A DNA stretch of 64,000 nucleotides from assembly GCA_008690995.1 (NCBI GenBank), contig VRMN01000003.1, forward strand, positions 558,001 to 622,000, read 5' to 3'. The notes beneath the pieces were generated by a model, which saw only the letters and a list, made by a program, of their open reading frames with translations, had not been told where the DNA came from and made no database searches. This document shows positions 49,810 to 60,879 of this stretch, one piece after another (the stretch's first letter is position 1; every line of letters begins with the position of its first letter). This DNA is from Porphyridium purpureum (lineage: Eukaryota). The position numbers and the translations under genes are program-made.

Positions 49810-51390
49810 CTACGCACCGAGCGCGATCCATAGAAGCAGGGATCGAAATGGTGGAGTTGCGCATAAACACGTACTGAAAATTCCCACAAGCGTCATGGCA
49901 ATGACTGCAAACGGAAACGGCTCTCCCTCGCCCAAAATCGCTGCAGAACCCAGCCCGTGTGCAGCGCTACCTGTCGCCAGCCCACGTGATATGGGCGACT
50001 TGAACCCAAAAATGTCCAGAAGCGGAGCGTGAAAGTTGGCCCCTAGCAATCCCGTAATGGACACGGCGCTAGCCGCTAAGGCGGCATCGGTTCGCAGCAT
50101 CTGCGCCATGGCAATTGCCAGAGGCGCTGTAATCATGCGGGGCAGAAGCACAAGACGATATTGCGGGGCTATGCCAATCAACCGCACTGCCGCTGCCGTC
50201 CCGACCAGACTCAGGACCGACGCTGTGAGAGTAGTACCGAACACTTCTAGCTTGTGCTTCAGAATCAGCTCCCAGCGGTCGTACATCTGAAACGCGAAAG
50301 ACAGAATTGACGGGCCAAGCAAATACAGCAGTACATCACCGGCACCAAAGGCAGACATCTGCGGGCTCTTGGACAGATACTCGCGGAGCAACACAAGCAG
50401 CGAAGCGCCAGATAACTGCGCGGCCACGGTCAGACCAGTCAAGGTAAAAATCGTACAGGAAATGAGCGGATGTATCACCTTCTTCAGACGCGCTGGAAAC
50501 ATTTGGCCTGCGCAGAAGCCACACAATGTTAGTGCCAATCCATAAACGAGTCGGAATGCACGCACGCGTGGCGAGAAGCGAGAGGCTGCGAGAGAAGCCA
50601 GAGCAGTACCTAGCCACCCAAGCGCCGTACGCTTAGCGAACGTCGGTGGAGCCGCAGCTGCTGTCTTCGGCTTGCTTCCGGCCTTTGATTTGTCTCCAGT
50701 ACCTCCTTGCAGCCTTGTCGAAAGGGTTGAGAACTTCTCGGCAACAGCAGCTGTCGAGAGGAGCGAGCAAACAAAGCCACCAATAACAACAAACCCACAC
50801 TTCCATGCGTCTGCAACTGGTGGAAGCTTTGCAGCAGGGAGCGCCACAAGAATTGGGACAAAGAATACGGCAAGCCACTTTGCAAAAAGGCTGACACCAG
50901 GTCGAAACCAAGCGGTCACAGCATCAGCCTTTTCCTTATCCACTTGTCGTAGTGCGAGCAGCGCAGTCAAGAGGGTTAACATGCCACCCAGGGGCGCCGG
51001 AAACGGAATTTGCAATGTTCGGAAAGCAGCAGCAAAGCCTGCGTTCAGCACAAGTAGAAGTCCGACGGAAGGCGCTGCTTTCAGCGCCAACGTGCCAGTC
51101 CCACTTGCAGCAGCCGCACGCTGTTGTGAGGTCTCTTGCAACGATTGCTCCTGTTTGCGCAATTCCGATGCAGTAAACGCCTCTGGTGGAGCAGCGTTTC
51201 CACCATCAGCCAGTGCAAGCACGCGCGAACGTGTTCTCGCTTTTTGAACGGACGTGAGCCCACGGCTGGCGAATCGACTGATACGGACTTGTCCCGTAGT
51301 CCCTGCTGCGCGCTGGGACGACCATGACACAGAGGACTTGCAGTCCCGCGAAAGCCCCGAGACCGAGGGCACGAACAGAACGCCAATCAT
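49810..51390 (-). CDS. PLGG1: Plastid glycolate/glycerate translocator, LrgA-LrgB fusion
   Basis: PFPAPLGGM, WLAVFFVP, LLGPSILSFAF, PRMITAPLAI, RGLATGSAAHGLG; transit peptide. Confidence 0.92.
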   Translation of the reverse strand: MIGVLFVPSVSGLSRDCKSSVSWSSQRAAGTTGQVRISRFASRGLTSVQKARTRSRVLALADGGNAAPPEAFTASELRKQEQSLQETSQQRAAAASGTGTLALKAAPSVGLLLVLNAGFAAAFRTLQIPFPAPLGGMLTLLTALLALRQVDKEKADAVTAWFRPGVSLFAKWLAVFFVPILVALPAAKLPPVADAWKCGFVVIGGFVCSLLSTAAVAEKFSTLSTRLQGGTGDKSKAGSKPKTAAAAPPTFAKRTALGWLGTALASLAASRFSPRVRAFRLVYGLALTLCGFCAGQMFPARLKKVIHPLISCTIFTLTGLTVAAQLSGASLLVLLREYLSKSPQMSAFGAGDVLLYLLGPSILSFAFQMYDRWELILKHKLEVFGTTLTASVLSLVGTAAAVRLIGIAPQYRLVLLPRMITAPLAIAMAQMLRTDAALAASAVSITGLLGANFHAPLLDIFGFKSPISRGLATGSAAHGLGSAAILGEGEPFPFAVIAMTLVGIFSTCLCATPPFRSLLLWIALGA

Positions 51391-51805
51391 TGTGTGCCGT
51401 GCGTAGACTTAACGAGCACGCGAGATGATTGTGCGGCGATGGATGTGTTCCGGCCCGCGACCCGATCACTGGACTGCAACCGCGGCCGTTTCACCCGCTG
51501 CTCATGTGTGACTCCGCACGCGGTCGATCAGCTAAGCATGCAGCGAGCAAACTAGTCGGCGGCGAAGAGCGTGTTCCTCACAAACATGGAGCGGACGTAG
51601 CGGCCTTCCATTCTTCCAGGCGACGCAATTTGAACCACGAAACGGAAATTCACGTCGGGCTGACAGGTGGCGGTGCTGCGTGCATTTTGGTGGCTGCGCG
51701 GGGCGCGCTTGCGTTGGTTCTGCGGGGGTACACTGTACACTGTGCGCCGATTTGCTGAGCGTTGCAGGTGTTTATCTCCATGTCGGGGTGACTGGCGCGC
51801 CCCAG

Positions 51806-52546
51806 ATGAGGTTGCGCTCCGCATTTCACACGGAGTGCCGCCAGCGGCGGGATTGGACAATCATGTTCCACCGGCCGTGCGCTTTTACTCCCGCGTCGCC
51901 ATTGAGCGGGATGCCGACGCCCGGCGACGTGCTCAAATTCTGGTACCCAGACCCTGACACACAGGCTCGGCCCGACCACGCGCGATGGTTTCAAGGAGGA
52001 GAAGAGTTGGACAGGCAAATTGCACAGAGATTCGGCGGTCTCTGTGACGCATTGCGAGACAATCATGGACAGCGGGCGGCGCTCGTGACTTCCTGGCAAA
52101 CGGAGCACGGGCCGGCAGGTGTCCTTGCCCTGACGATTGTCGCCGACCAATTTTTCCGGAATGTTTTTCGAAAGACCGCCACTGCCTTCGAAGGCGACAG
52201 GCTGGCATTATGTTGTGCGAAAATGTCGATGGAGCGAATGTATGACGCCAAAACTTACGGACGATACGGGCGCTCCTTTGGAGTCATTTTACCCCTCATG
52301 CATTCGGAGAACTTGCATGATCATGATTTGCTGGAATCGCGATTCAAACTTTACCGTTCGTTGGATTTGGAAAATCATGGTGAGGACATGGCTCTTTCAT
52401 ATGACGGAGAACAGGAGTTTGAGAGGAAACACCGTGTCATTCTCGAGCGCTTCGGACGCTATCCTCATCGAAACGCGGTACTGGGTAGAGTTTCATCGCA
52501 GGCCGAGATTGAATTCTTGGTAGACAGCGACTCTTTTGGCCAGTGA
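51806..52546 (+). CDS. DUF924 family protein
   Basis: VLKFWY, WFQGGEELDRQI, IVADQFFRNVFR, LPLMHSE, ILERFGRYPHRNAVLGR; start uncertain. Confidence 0.92.
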   Translation: MRLRSAFHTECRQRRDWTIMFHRPCAFTPASPLSGMPTPGDVLKFWYPDPDTQARPDHARWFQGGEELDRQIAQRFGGLCDALRDNHGQRAALVTSWQTEHGPAGVLALTIVADQFFRNVFRKTATAFEGDRLALCCAKMSMERMYDAKTYGRYGRSFGVILPLMHSENLHDHDLLESRFKLYRSLDLENHGEDMALSYDGEQEFERKHRVILERFGRYPHRNAVLGRVSSQAEIEFLVDSDSFGQ

Positions 52547-52779
52547 TGTCATGCGTCTAATGTATTGCACCGCAGCCAAGTCGGGTCGAGATGGATGCAC
52601 AAATTGACTCTTTCGAGTGATCAAGGAGACAACGTCAACATTTTGCTATCCGCGTCCGTCTAGGAGACCATAAAATCCGTTCCGTGTCTTTTTGCTTTCC
52701 GTCGCTGACCCGTCTGTAAGATCAACACGATGGTCACTCACCTTTTTCTTCTTCTTCTTCATTATTTTTGAATGAAAGC

Positions 52780-53986
52780 TCATTTGTACAAAAGCTTCTC
52801 TACGCTAATCAAGCCTGGCTCACTTACGACCGAGTCACAGTGCTCTTGCAACGCCGCTAAGCATGCTCGTGACTCTCTAGCCTGGTCCATGGAACGACTT
52901 GTTCTCATCCCAATGACCGAATGAAAGCCTAGCCGCCTTGCGGCACGCGCATTTTGAGCAGAAGCTGTGATGAAAGTTGCGCGAGGAGCAGATGTGCCCA
53001 CTTCTTGTAAAGCTCTCTTCATGACCTCACGCGCAGCAAATGTATTTCCTGTTTGCACCGCGTCTGCCGTGACAAGGTGGTCAAGGATTACATGTGCCTC
53101 GTCAAACATACGTGCACTACTCACTTCGTCCGTGCTCACCGTCTGGTCATCTCGAACGTGAATATCAAGATTGTTGAGAACGCGTGCAGTCTTCGAAGCC
53201 GCGCTCAAACTGTAACCGCACACTAGAACGCCCGCCATTTGAAGTCTCCGAAGGAGCGCCTTCTCGGATCAAGTTCACACGTTCTTCAAGAAAGTTCTCA
53301 CTTTCCAAGTGCTCATAGAACAATTGTGCAACGCTCGACTTTTCCGACGCGGTTAGACTTACAGCCGAAAGACGCGTGGTTTCCGTCAAAAGAGCCAGGT
53401 CGCCATCACAAACGCGCTTCGCAATTTCCGTCAACTCTTTCCGATACTCCACGTGCTCCCGCTTGCTACCGGATTTGCCAATGCGCTGAGCATGCCGCTC
53501 GAGAGCATAAGTAGCGGCAAGCAGGCTTATAGCGCTCGTGTCAAAGCAGACGCCTTCCAAATCTACCAGTACGGCGTCAATATATCGCTGTTTCTCGTGA
53601 TCCACGAATACCAGTGCGCGTTCCGCGGCCATAGGTGCCCCAAACAGATGTGGCTCCAGGTGGTCCAGGCTACGGTTTAGAAGCGAGTCCACATACCTGG
53701 ACACGGACGTCCCATACTCCTGCGCGTAGCGGTTGACTACATTGTAAACTTGCCGCCGAATGAGGAGGCGAGGCTGCGGCATCTGCCTCGGTTTATCTGA
53801 GCGAGCGGTGCCGTCCTCGTCATCCGTCGAACGATCTGTGCACGCAACGAAATAGTTCCTTTGGCGCGCACGCCCAGCGGCTCGTGCCACCAAATAGCTC
53901 TCTGGGGAGGCGCGCTCGGAGCTGCTTGGTATCAATGCGGAGCTAGGCAGTCCTCCCACGAATGCTGCCATCCCGACGGTACCCAC
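52780..53986 (-). pseudogene. HAD-superfamily protein, probably plastid-targeted, split by a frameshift near 53255
   Basis: VLVDLEGVCFDT motif I in ORF 53165-53986; the HAD core continues as LLRRLQMAGV..ARAARRLGFHSVI in ORF 52780-53238. Confidence 0.65.
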
Positions 53987-54146
53987 GTTCTCGAGTCTGG
54001 GAGCGCCGCCGCCGCATCACCGCATGTTCAATTTCCATTTCTGGTTGAGTATTTTATTGGTTTGCGTGTGCGCATAAGAATCCAAGGATTATATGAAACG
54101 ATGCCAAACAAGATCTGAATATTGGAGTCGGTCAGCAAGAGCTGCC

Positions 54147-56039
54147 TCACGGTCGCGACGCGCACCATATTGCCATAGGATCACCAAGCTCAGCCTCAAA
54201 TTCTTGCGCTGCGGAAACAGTGCCGTTGCCCTGAGCACTCCAGCGGAGCGCTACGCGGACTTTGATAGTACCTTCCTTCCCTTCGTCAACACACTGAGAT
54301 GTGAAAGTTGGCGAGTGCTGTCCCACTGTCAGAGCACTTGTCCAAGAGACGCAAGGAATAAGACAGCGGCTAAGTCGCACTCGCGAGCCCATTTCATGCA
54401 CATCGACGTACGTCACGATGCGCTGGGAATGATGAAAACAGTCGTCAACAATCAGAAAATGAGAACGGTCCTCGCACGAAGCAAGAAACGACACTCTGCA
54501 GCAGTCTGATGCATCCCGTGGAATCGCAACTTTGCCACAAAAGGAAACATCCGGCCGCTGGGCGAGGCAATCGAGTTTCCACAAGCACAGCAGTCTCTTG
54601 TCCGTATCGAACGACGCGATGATCGCGACGCGCTGAGACTCGGATACAGAACCTGCACACATATCGACGCGCGCACTGGGAGTGAGCAAAAGCCATCTCG
54701 TAGCTTCATTCGGCGCTCGTTCCCATACCACAGCGAGCGCTTTGCCGGACCCAAAAAGCATCAACTTCTTAAGCTTGGCCGAGCAAAGAACTTCTGCTGA
54801 GTTTATGACGCAGCCGTCCATACCATCAATACTACACATTGAAAGGTTGCGCACAGCTAAACTTGAATCCAGGGATTGGCGATGCACAACAAGTCGGCAC
54901 TTCCAATCCAAAAAGATTACAAAATCTGCGAAGGTTCCAATTCCGCGGAGCGCAAGCTCACCTAAGTCAGATTTCTGCACATACCAACGGTGTGGGGTCG
55001 TGCAATAAATCAGGAGAATCCGACGCTCAAACGGAAGCACCAAGATATCGCCATCTTCCGAATCGTGCGCCTCAATTCGCAATTCTGCCAGTACATGCGG
55101 CAAGGCAGAGCGTCCAACATTGAGCCACGTTAGAAACCGGACGGTTGAACCGTTCGAAAATGACTCGCACGTGGAAGACAGATCCACAATACTATTTTTA
55201 CCTGTATCCCAGCAAAGTCTCCACTGGTTCCCGTTTCTTGCAAAGCACTGACAAGCACCACTGGACCAGCGAATCGCAAGGTAGCGCCCAGACCTCGAAA
55301 ATTCTATGGCAGAGATCAGGTTTTGCGCCTCACGGAAAGGTTCAGGATGCAGCTCTAGGGTCTGTACGAGCACCCATTCGGGAATGTCACTCGCACCGCT
55401 TTCATCAACTTTTGCGTGGCCATCTTTTTGCTGCCACAAGAATACACGCCCGTCCAAGGATCCGACCCCAAGCCAGTCATCGTCGTAAGAGAATGAGCAG
55501 CAGGATGCGAAGAACGTACCAACATTTGGGCGAACCGTGGACAGCTGCGAGAGTCGAAACTGAATACTTCCATCTGCACCCTCCTGCAATCGAAGCGCGA
55601 AGATACTGACACCGTACGCATTCGCTGCAGAGAGTAGTACGCTTCCGCGATGCGTGCGACCCCAATGTAAGCTCCTGGTTTCTGTGCGAATCAGGTAATC
55701 CCATGCCCGTGCATACACGACAGGAAAAAGACCTTCACGAACAAACACATGCAAGCGATCAGTCGTGGCAATGGCTAGCATGGAACCGTCAGCCGAAACA
55801 GCATGTGCCAGACATCTTGAACGGCTTGTCTGGAATCTGAAAAGCTGGGTTGGAATGAACGGCCCCTCACTTTTGCCCGAGTCGAAGTGAAAGCGAAAAA
55901 GAGTGCATTCATACTCACCTAGAACCGAGCAAAATGATTCGAGTGAGCGGCTACAGTCGCCCGATATGTTCAGACAGTTTCCCAGTGAAGGAGAAAGTCG
56001 CGTCGAGTTAATGAACTCGCTTTGCCAGACTCCGCCCAT
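54147..56039 (-). CDS. WD40-repeat protein
   Basis: AVSADGSMLAI, CSFSYDDDWLGVGSLDGRVFLW, IEFSRSGRYLAI. Confidence 0.8.
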   Translation of the reverse strand: MGGVWQSEFINSTRLSPSLGNCLNISGDCSRSLESFCSVLGEYECTLFRFHFDSGKSEGPFIPTQLFRFQTSRSRCLAHAVSADGSMLAIATTDRLHVFVREGLFPVVYARAWDYLIRTETRSLHWGRTHRGSVLLSAANAYGVSIFALRLQEGADGSIQFRLSQLSTVRPNVGTFFASCCSFSYDDDWLGVGSLDGRVFLWQQKDGHAKVDESGASDIPEWVLVQTLELHPEPFREAQNLISAIEFSRSGRYLAIRWSSGACQCFARNGNQWRLCWDTGKNSIVDLSSTCESFSNGSTVRFLTWLNVGRSALPHVLAELRIEAHDSEDGDILVLPFERRILLIYCTTPHRWYVQKSDLGELALRGIGTFADFVIFLDWKCRLVVHRQSLDSSLAVRNLSMCSIDGMDGCVINSAEVLCSAKLKKLMLFGSGKALAVVWERAPNEATRWLLLTPSARVDMCAGSVSESQRVAIIASFDTDKRLLCLWKLDCLAQRPDVSFCGKVAIPRDASDCCRVSFLASCEDRSHFLIVDDCFHHSQRIVTYVDVHEMGSRVRLSRCLIPCVSWTSALTVGQHSPTFTSQCVDEGKEGTIKVRVALRWSAQGNGTVSAAQEFEAELGDPMAIWCASRP

Positions 56040-56453
56040 ATCCGTAGATCACAGGCTGGAAGAAAGAGAGTAGGATTTGCCGAAAGCCTGAGATTTGGCA
56101 GGAGTTCCGTGATGCCGCGCTTGGCTGCGCGTCTGGACATGTAGATCTTTCCCTTCAGCGAGGGTGTTCGAGCGCCGGTCTTCCGCGCACTCGCATACCA
56201 CTCCGCCCTTTCGCAACAGAGGATGTGGAGGCCATGTGCTCTGTGACCAGCCGCTTGGAAATGTTGCTCTCGGCAGTCAACGTTCAAATGCAGGCGCAAT
56301 CACCCCGCTGTCTGCCCGACGCTGAGCGCACACCCATCCGCTCCCAGCCACCGCACCCTGATTGTGGTGAGGAGGGTACAGTCTGCCCTGTACAATGAAG
56401 AAGCGTTTGGCCGCGGACATCTGCTCGGCGCTCGACGAGAGTTTCCGGGTGGA

Positions 56454-57494
56454 ATGGCTGCCAACAAAAGATGCGCCTTTGCCTCTGGGCTCAGCCGAAA
56501 CTGGAACGGAGTCGTTGCTCAGGCCCGCAGCTCTACGCCTCTTTGTTTGGGTCGCGCACCGCGGCAGCCCGCAGCATTGACCCGACGAAGTTTCTGCACG
56601 TTGACGAGGATGGGATCTATTGACGTCATTGACACCCATCTCCATGTATGGGACGGCACCGCTGTGCCTTTTGTGCAAGGCAAGGAGCCCCCAGAGTCGC
56701 TTCGCAACGCAGGGTCGATCGAAGCGCTTCTGAACGAGATGCAAAAGGCAGGCGTAAAAAAGTGTATCGCCATCCAACCTATCAACTACGGATTCGATCA
56801 CACATATCTGTCGGATTGCATCTCTAAACATCCAAAGATTATCCACGGGATGATGCTTGTGAGCGGCACAACGAACAGCGAGCATGTGGAGCTAATGCAC
56901 TCGCTGAAAGAGCACGGAAACCGAAGCTTTGTTGGTATGCGGATGAACCCGTCGTTGTTTATGGGCGGACAGCTGGACTCGAATATTGGGCGCTTGATGT
57001 ACAGCACGGCCGCCGACCTTGACCTGATTGTTGGTTTCATGTGTTTTGACGGAGGTCTCGCAAAACATTACGAAGCGATCACCAATTTGATTGCAAGCTC
57101 GCCGTCGACGAAATGCGTAATTGATCACTGGGGATTTTTCAGAGCTGATCCGGCGCAAGCGCCTAGCGCAGCCCTGGCGCATGACGAAGTATCATGGAAC
57201 AACCTGCTTGCCCTTGCCAAGTATCCCCAAGTATACGTTAAGATCTCTGCTCTTTTTAGAGTGAGCCGTGATGCCGAGAATATGTACGGTGACCTGCAAT
57301 CTCGCTTCGAAGCGCTCATTGAAGCATTTGGAACCCGCCGGCTAATGTATGGTTCTGATTTCCCGTTTGTCGCACAGTTCGGCTACAAAGAGCACCTAGA
57401 CGCTGTGAAGCAAATGTGTGATAACGCACGGCTCAGCGAGCGTGACATCGCCAATTTATTTTCCAAGACCGCTGAGAGACTATTCTTCATGTGA
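56454..57494 (+). CDS. Amidohydrolase_2 family protein with transit peptide
   Basis: IDTHLHVW, VIDHWG, VYVKISA, RLMYGSDFP. Confidence 0.92.
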   Translation: MAANKRCAFASGLSRNWNGVVAQARSSTPLCLGRAPRQPAALTRRSFCTLTRMGSIDVIDTHLHVWDGTAVPFVQGKEPPESLRNAGSIEALLNEMQKAGVKKCIAIQPINYGFDHTYLSDCISKHPKIIHGMMLVSGTTNSEHVELMHSLKEHGNRSFVGMRMNPSLFMGGQLDSNIGRLMYSTAADLDLIVGFMCFDGGLAKHYEAITNLIASSPSTKCVIDHWGFFRADPAQAPSAALAHDEVSWNNLLALAKYPQVYVKISALFRVSRDAENMYGDLQSRFEALIEAFGTRRLMYGSDFPFVAQFGYKEHLDAVKQMCDNARLSERDIANLFSKTAERLFFM

Positions 57495-58296
57495 AAGAAA
57501 GTTTGCGAATGGAAAACTGAGGAACCGAGATTAAGGGCGACGTTGTGAACCTTGGAGAGCCCAAGCCTTTCAGAATGAGACGAAGAATTGAAGCATTATG
57601 TTGTTAGCGTTTACATCGTGAAAGGGGGAGGAAAGGGACGTTTGACTCGGACGCTCTTTCGTTTGCGCAAGGGGCAGCAGCATGGAAAGCAGTAGTGCCA
57701 GAGCTATGCTACCGGGTAGGATCGACGATAAAGCGCTGACGTCAGGGCTTGAGCCCTGGCGGATGACGTATTCGTAAGAGGATCTTCGCATGGGCAGGCC
57801 ATTCGGCCAGGTAAACAAGAGGAGCCGCAAAGTGGTACAAGAACTGCACCTGGTGATACTCTGGCAGACTCGGAGGAATGATAGCTTGCATCCTTTCGTG
57901 CGCTGACCCGTCGACACCTCGAAATAAAAGGAGGAGTCTTGACAGCCCGAGTAGAAGAATTCTTACCCGTTTCTCCGAAAGGAGACAAATAAGATACTGA
58001 CTGGACAACTGGAAAACCAAAACAGGACGAAAATAAGTTGCAATTCTACGAATCTACCATTGCAATACCTCTACGAACCAGCGAAATGAAGACACGGTAG
58101 GCAAGGACGGCCCCCGCCGCATCAGCGGGAACCTCGGTCACCTGGAGGACGATCTCTCCAGCATGCCCAGTGCCAGAGGAAGCAACATCGCACCACCTGA
58201 ACGCTGAAGGGCTACTGACTCACGATTCCGAGAAATGGGGTGTCTTCTCGACTCGGGGATCGAAACCGATAAGAAAAGCCGGTGTCCGGACGGACC

Positions 58297-59406
58297 ATGG
58301 ATGCCTTGGGACGCGCGTGTGCAGGCTGGACACTGGAGCGCGACGCCGAAGAAATCGGCGCCGCACTGTTTAGAATGGGAGCAGTGGAAGACGTCGAGCG
58401 GCGCGAGGCAGGACGTGAAACCGGAAAGGCAGTGAGCACGCCGCGGCTTTCCGTGGCTGAGTATCAACTGGCGGCCGGGGCGGCAGGCGCAATTAGCAAA
58501 CTTCTGCTCTTCCCCTTTGATACTGTCAAAACGCGCCTGCAGTTCCTTCGCTCGCGCGGCCCCCAATCCGCTCGCTTTTCGTCTCGGAATGCGATCTTAA
58601 AGTTCGTGAAACGTGAAGGCATCGCGGGCCTGTATCGCGGGATCTTTGGTGCGTTGGTGGGCGTGCTTCCTTACTCACTTTGCTACATGCCAACGTACGA
58701 AGCTCTCAAGCGTGAGCTTGGTATGAACGAGAATTTGAGTCCATTTCTCAGGCAAGTAATTGCTGGCGCAGGAGCTGGGCTCGTAGGGTCCGTGGTCCGC
58801 GTGCCCATCGAAATGGTTAAGAAGCGAGTCCAAGTCGGTATTTACGACAATTTCTTCCAATCCTTTCGAAGGATCTTCCTAGAGGGTGGGATCATGGCCT
58901 TCTACGGCGGGTACGGGAGTGCACTAGTGTACGACGTGCCGTACAATGCGATTCAATTTGCCGTACTGGAGAATATCAAACGAGCCTTTCTGCTGCTTAA
59001 ACAGAAATCGATCGGGAGCGGACAAGAAGTTGTCATTCGCGACTGGGATAATGTCTTGCTCGGAGGCTTCACCGGTGTCATCACCAGTCTTTTGACTGAG
59101 CCCTTCGATGTTGTTCGAACACGTCTAATGACGCAACGAGCTTTAGCTCTGCATGAAAGTACTGTCGCTTACAAGGGTGTTCTCGACTGTATTGTCAGAA
59201 TCGTCCGCGAAGAAGGCGTCCCTGCTTTGTGGAAGGGTACCGTTCCGCGACTCATGTGGGTTGCGCTTGGAAGCAGTGTCTGGTACACTTCGTACGAGTT
59301 TATTAGGAAGCGCATCGCCGCGCGGAAACTGAGGTCCGCGAAGTACTCGAGTCGCTGTCCGTGGCGTTTGACGTCAGTACGACAACTAAAGAAACCTCTT
59401 GCCTAA
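58297..59406 (+). CDS. Mitochondrial carrier family protein (SAM-carrier-like)
   Basis: PFDTVKTRLQ, PIEMVKKRVQ, PFDVVRTRLM signature repeats. Confidence 0.93.
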   Translation: MDALGRACAGWTLERDAEEIGAALFRMGAVEDVERREAGRETGKAVSTPRLSVAEYQLAAGAAGAISKLLLFPFDTVKTRLQFLRSRGPQSARFSSRNAILKFVKREGIAGLYRGIFGALVGVLPYSLCYMPTYEALKRELGMNENLSPFLRQVIAGAGAGLVGSVVRVPIEMVKKRVQVGIYDNFFQSFRRIFLEGGIMAFYGGYGSALVYDVPYNAIQFAVLENIKRAFLLLKQKSIGSGQEVVIRDWDNVLLGGFTGVITSLLTEPFDVVRTRLMTQRALALHESTVAYKGVLDCIVRIVREEGVPALWKGTVPRLMWVALGSSVWYTSYEFIRKRIAARKLRSAKYSSRCPWRLTSVRQLKKPLA

Positions 59407-60605
59407 GCTCCACTGCGTGGCCCTCGGCCCGACCCCAGCCTTTCAATGACCAAGTGCTGTGCAAATGTTAAGAGATTATTTGGAATCCAATAACAGAAGA
59501 GTACAGAGGGAAAATAAGACATGACTGGAATCGACAAAATCATTACGGCTCGCATCGCTTTCCTCATCACCTTTCCCACTTCAGCAGCTGGAAAGGACTT
59601 CACTTCCTTGTCGACCAAGCTTTGATTGTTGGATTCCAAGGTGTCAATAGAAGACTTTTCGCCGCTCGTCGGTTCCTCCTTCCGCGGAACTGTGATCTGG
59701 TCAAAATTCTTACCGACAACTTCGAATGAGGCCATCGCAGTCAGTCCTGTCAGTACAGGAAGGATCAAATACGGATCGCGAGCTGACAAATCTGTGAACC
59801 ACAATACGCCTCCGTGAGTCAGGCCTGGGGTTACGACTGCCATGTGCTGCAAGGCCCAGAACGCTCCAATGAATATTGGTGCTTGTACGAGAACAGGAAT
59901 GACGGATTTCTTCGGGTCGGCGTCGTGCTTCTTCAGTATCTCTTGGTGCTGAAGTCGGAACTCATGCACAGCGTCCTTATTTCCCTCGTTCGCTAGCTTA
60001 AAATATTTTTGCTGAAGTTCCTGCAATTCCGGCTGAGCCGCACGCATTTTCTCCGCGTTGCGATGCGCATTTAGCGCGACTGGGAAAAGAACAATGCGCA
60101 CTGCGCACGTGCACACCACAACCGTCGCCCACCACGGCAGATTCGAGACGTCGTGTACGTACTGAAGAGAGTCTACCATTACGTCCCAAAAATGCCACTT
60201 TGTATCAATTTGCGATGTCAAGGCATCCATCGCTGGGACGGAAGCCTCCAAATTAAGGTCAAACGACGGCTCATGCAGCACAGTTTGGTCGGATGACGGC
60301 TCTTCCGATGTTGACGACGCACGCGTTTGTACAACACCTGGCATGGCGGCTAAGGAAGCAATCCCCATCTTCCCAGATTCAGTACTTGATCTCTCCAACC
60401 TGAGCAATCCATCCTTCTGCTGCGTCTCCGCTCGGTCGTCGTCGCGACGAAACGACCCGCTCAGCAGGCTGCACTCGCCTGTTCGGCGCCAAGCTTCGGC
60501 ATGGAAGACACTCGGCCTGCAGCGCAATGAGAGGGGCCGCGCGATCAGATCGCAAACCACGATTGCCCGCGAAGACCATGCCCGAGGCCACCGCCGCATT
60601 TTCAT
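59403..60605 (-). CDS. Oxa1/YidC membrane insertase (mitochondrial type)
   Basis: LPWWATVV..VRIVLFP, LVQAPIFIG, GGVLWFTDLSARDPYLILP, YWIPNN. Confidence 0.93.
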   Translation of the reverse strand: MKMRRWPRAWSSRAIVVCDLIARPLSLRCRPSVFHAEAWRRTGECSLLSGSFRRDDDRAETQQKDGLLRLERSSTESGKMGIASLAAMPGVVQTRASSTSEEPSSDQTVLHEPSFDLNLEASVPAMDALTSQIDTKWHFWDVMVDSLQYVHDVSNLPWWATVVVCTCAVRIVLFPVALNAHRNAEKMRAAQPELQELQQKYFKLANEGNKDAVHEFRLQHQEILKKHDADPKKSVIPVLVQAPIFIGAFWALQHMAVVTPGLTHGGVLWFTDLSARDPYLILPVLTGLTAMASFEVVGKNFDQITVPRKEEPTSGEKSSIDTLESNNQSLVDKEVKSFPAAEVGKVMRKAMRAVMILSIPVMSYFPSVLFCYWIPNNLLTFAQHLVIERLGSGRGPRSGA

Positions 60606-60879
60606 CACCGCCCGTGGTACAGGAGCCAGCGTAACCTTCACCTCCGCACGGATGCAAGTGACATGAAAACAAAATTACCAAGGCTGAAGCTGAAAATACA
60701 GTGATCGTGCGTTTAATATTGAATCCGCTGCAAGTCGGGAGCTTTGCGAATCGTCTTCAACTTGTCTGGACTTCCACGCGAACATGGTCATCGTGCTCAA
60801 GTGCCTTTCCGCCACTTCGACAAGATTCCTTTGTCGCTGCAACGCATCAGTCAACCACTCGTGTCATATCTTCATGCGC

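Noticed and set aside
52746..52760. (TTC)5 microsatellite
   Set aside because: Short and ordinary 3'-region low complexity
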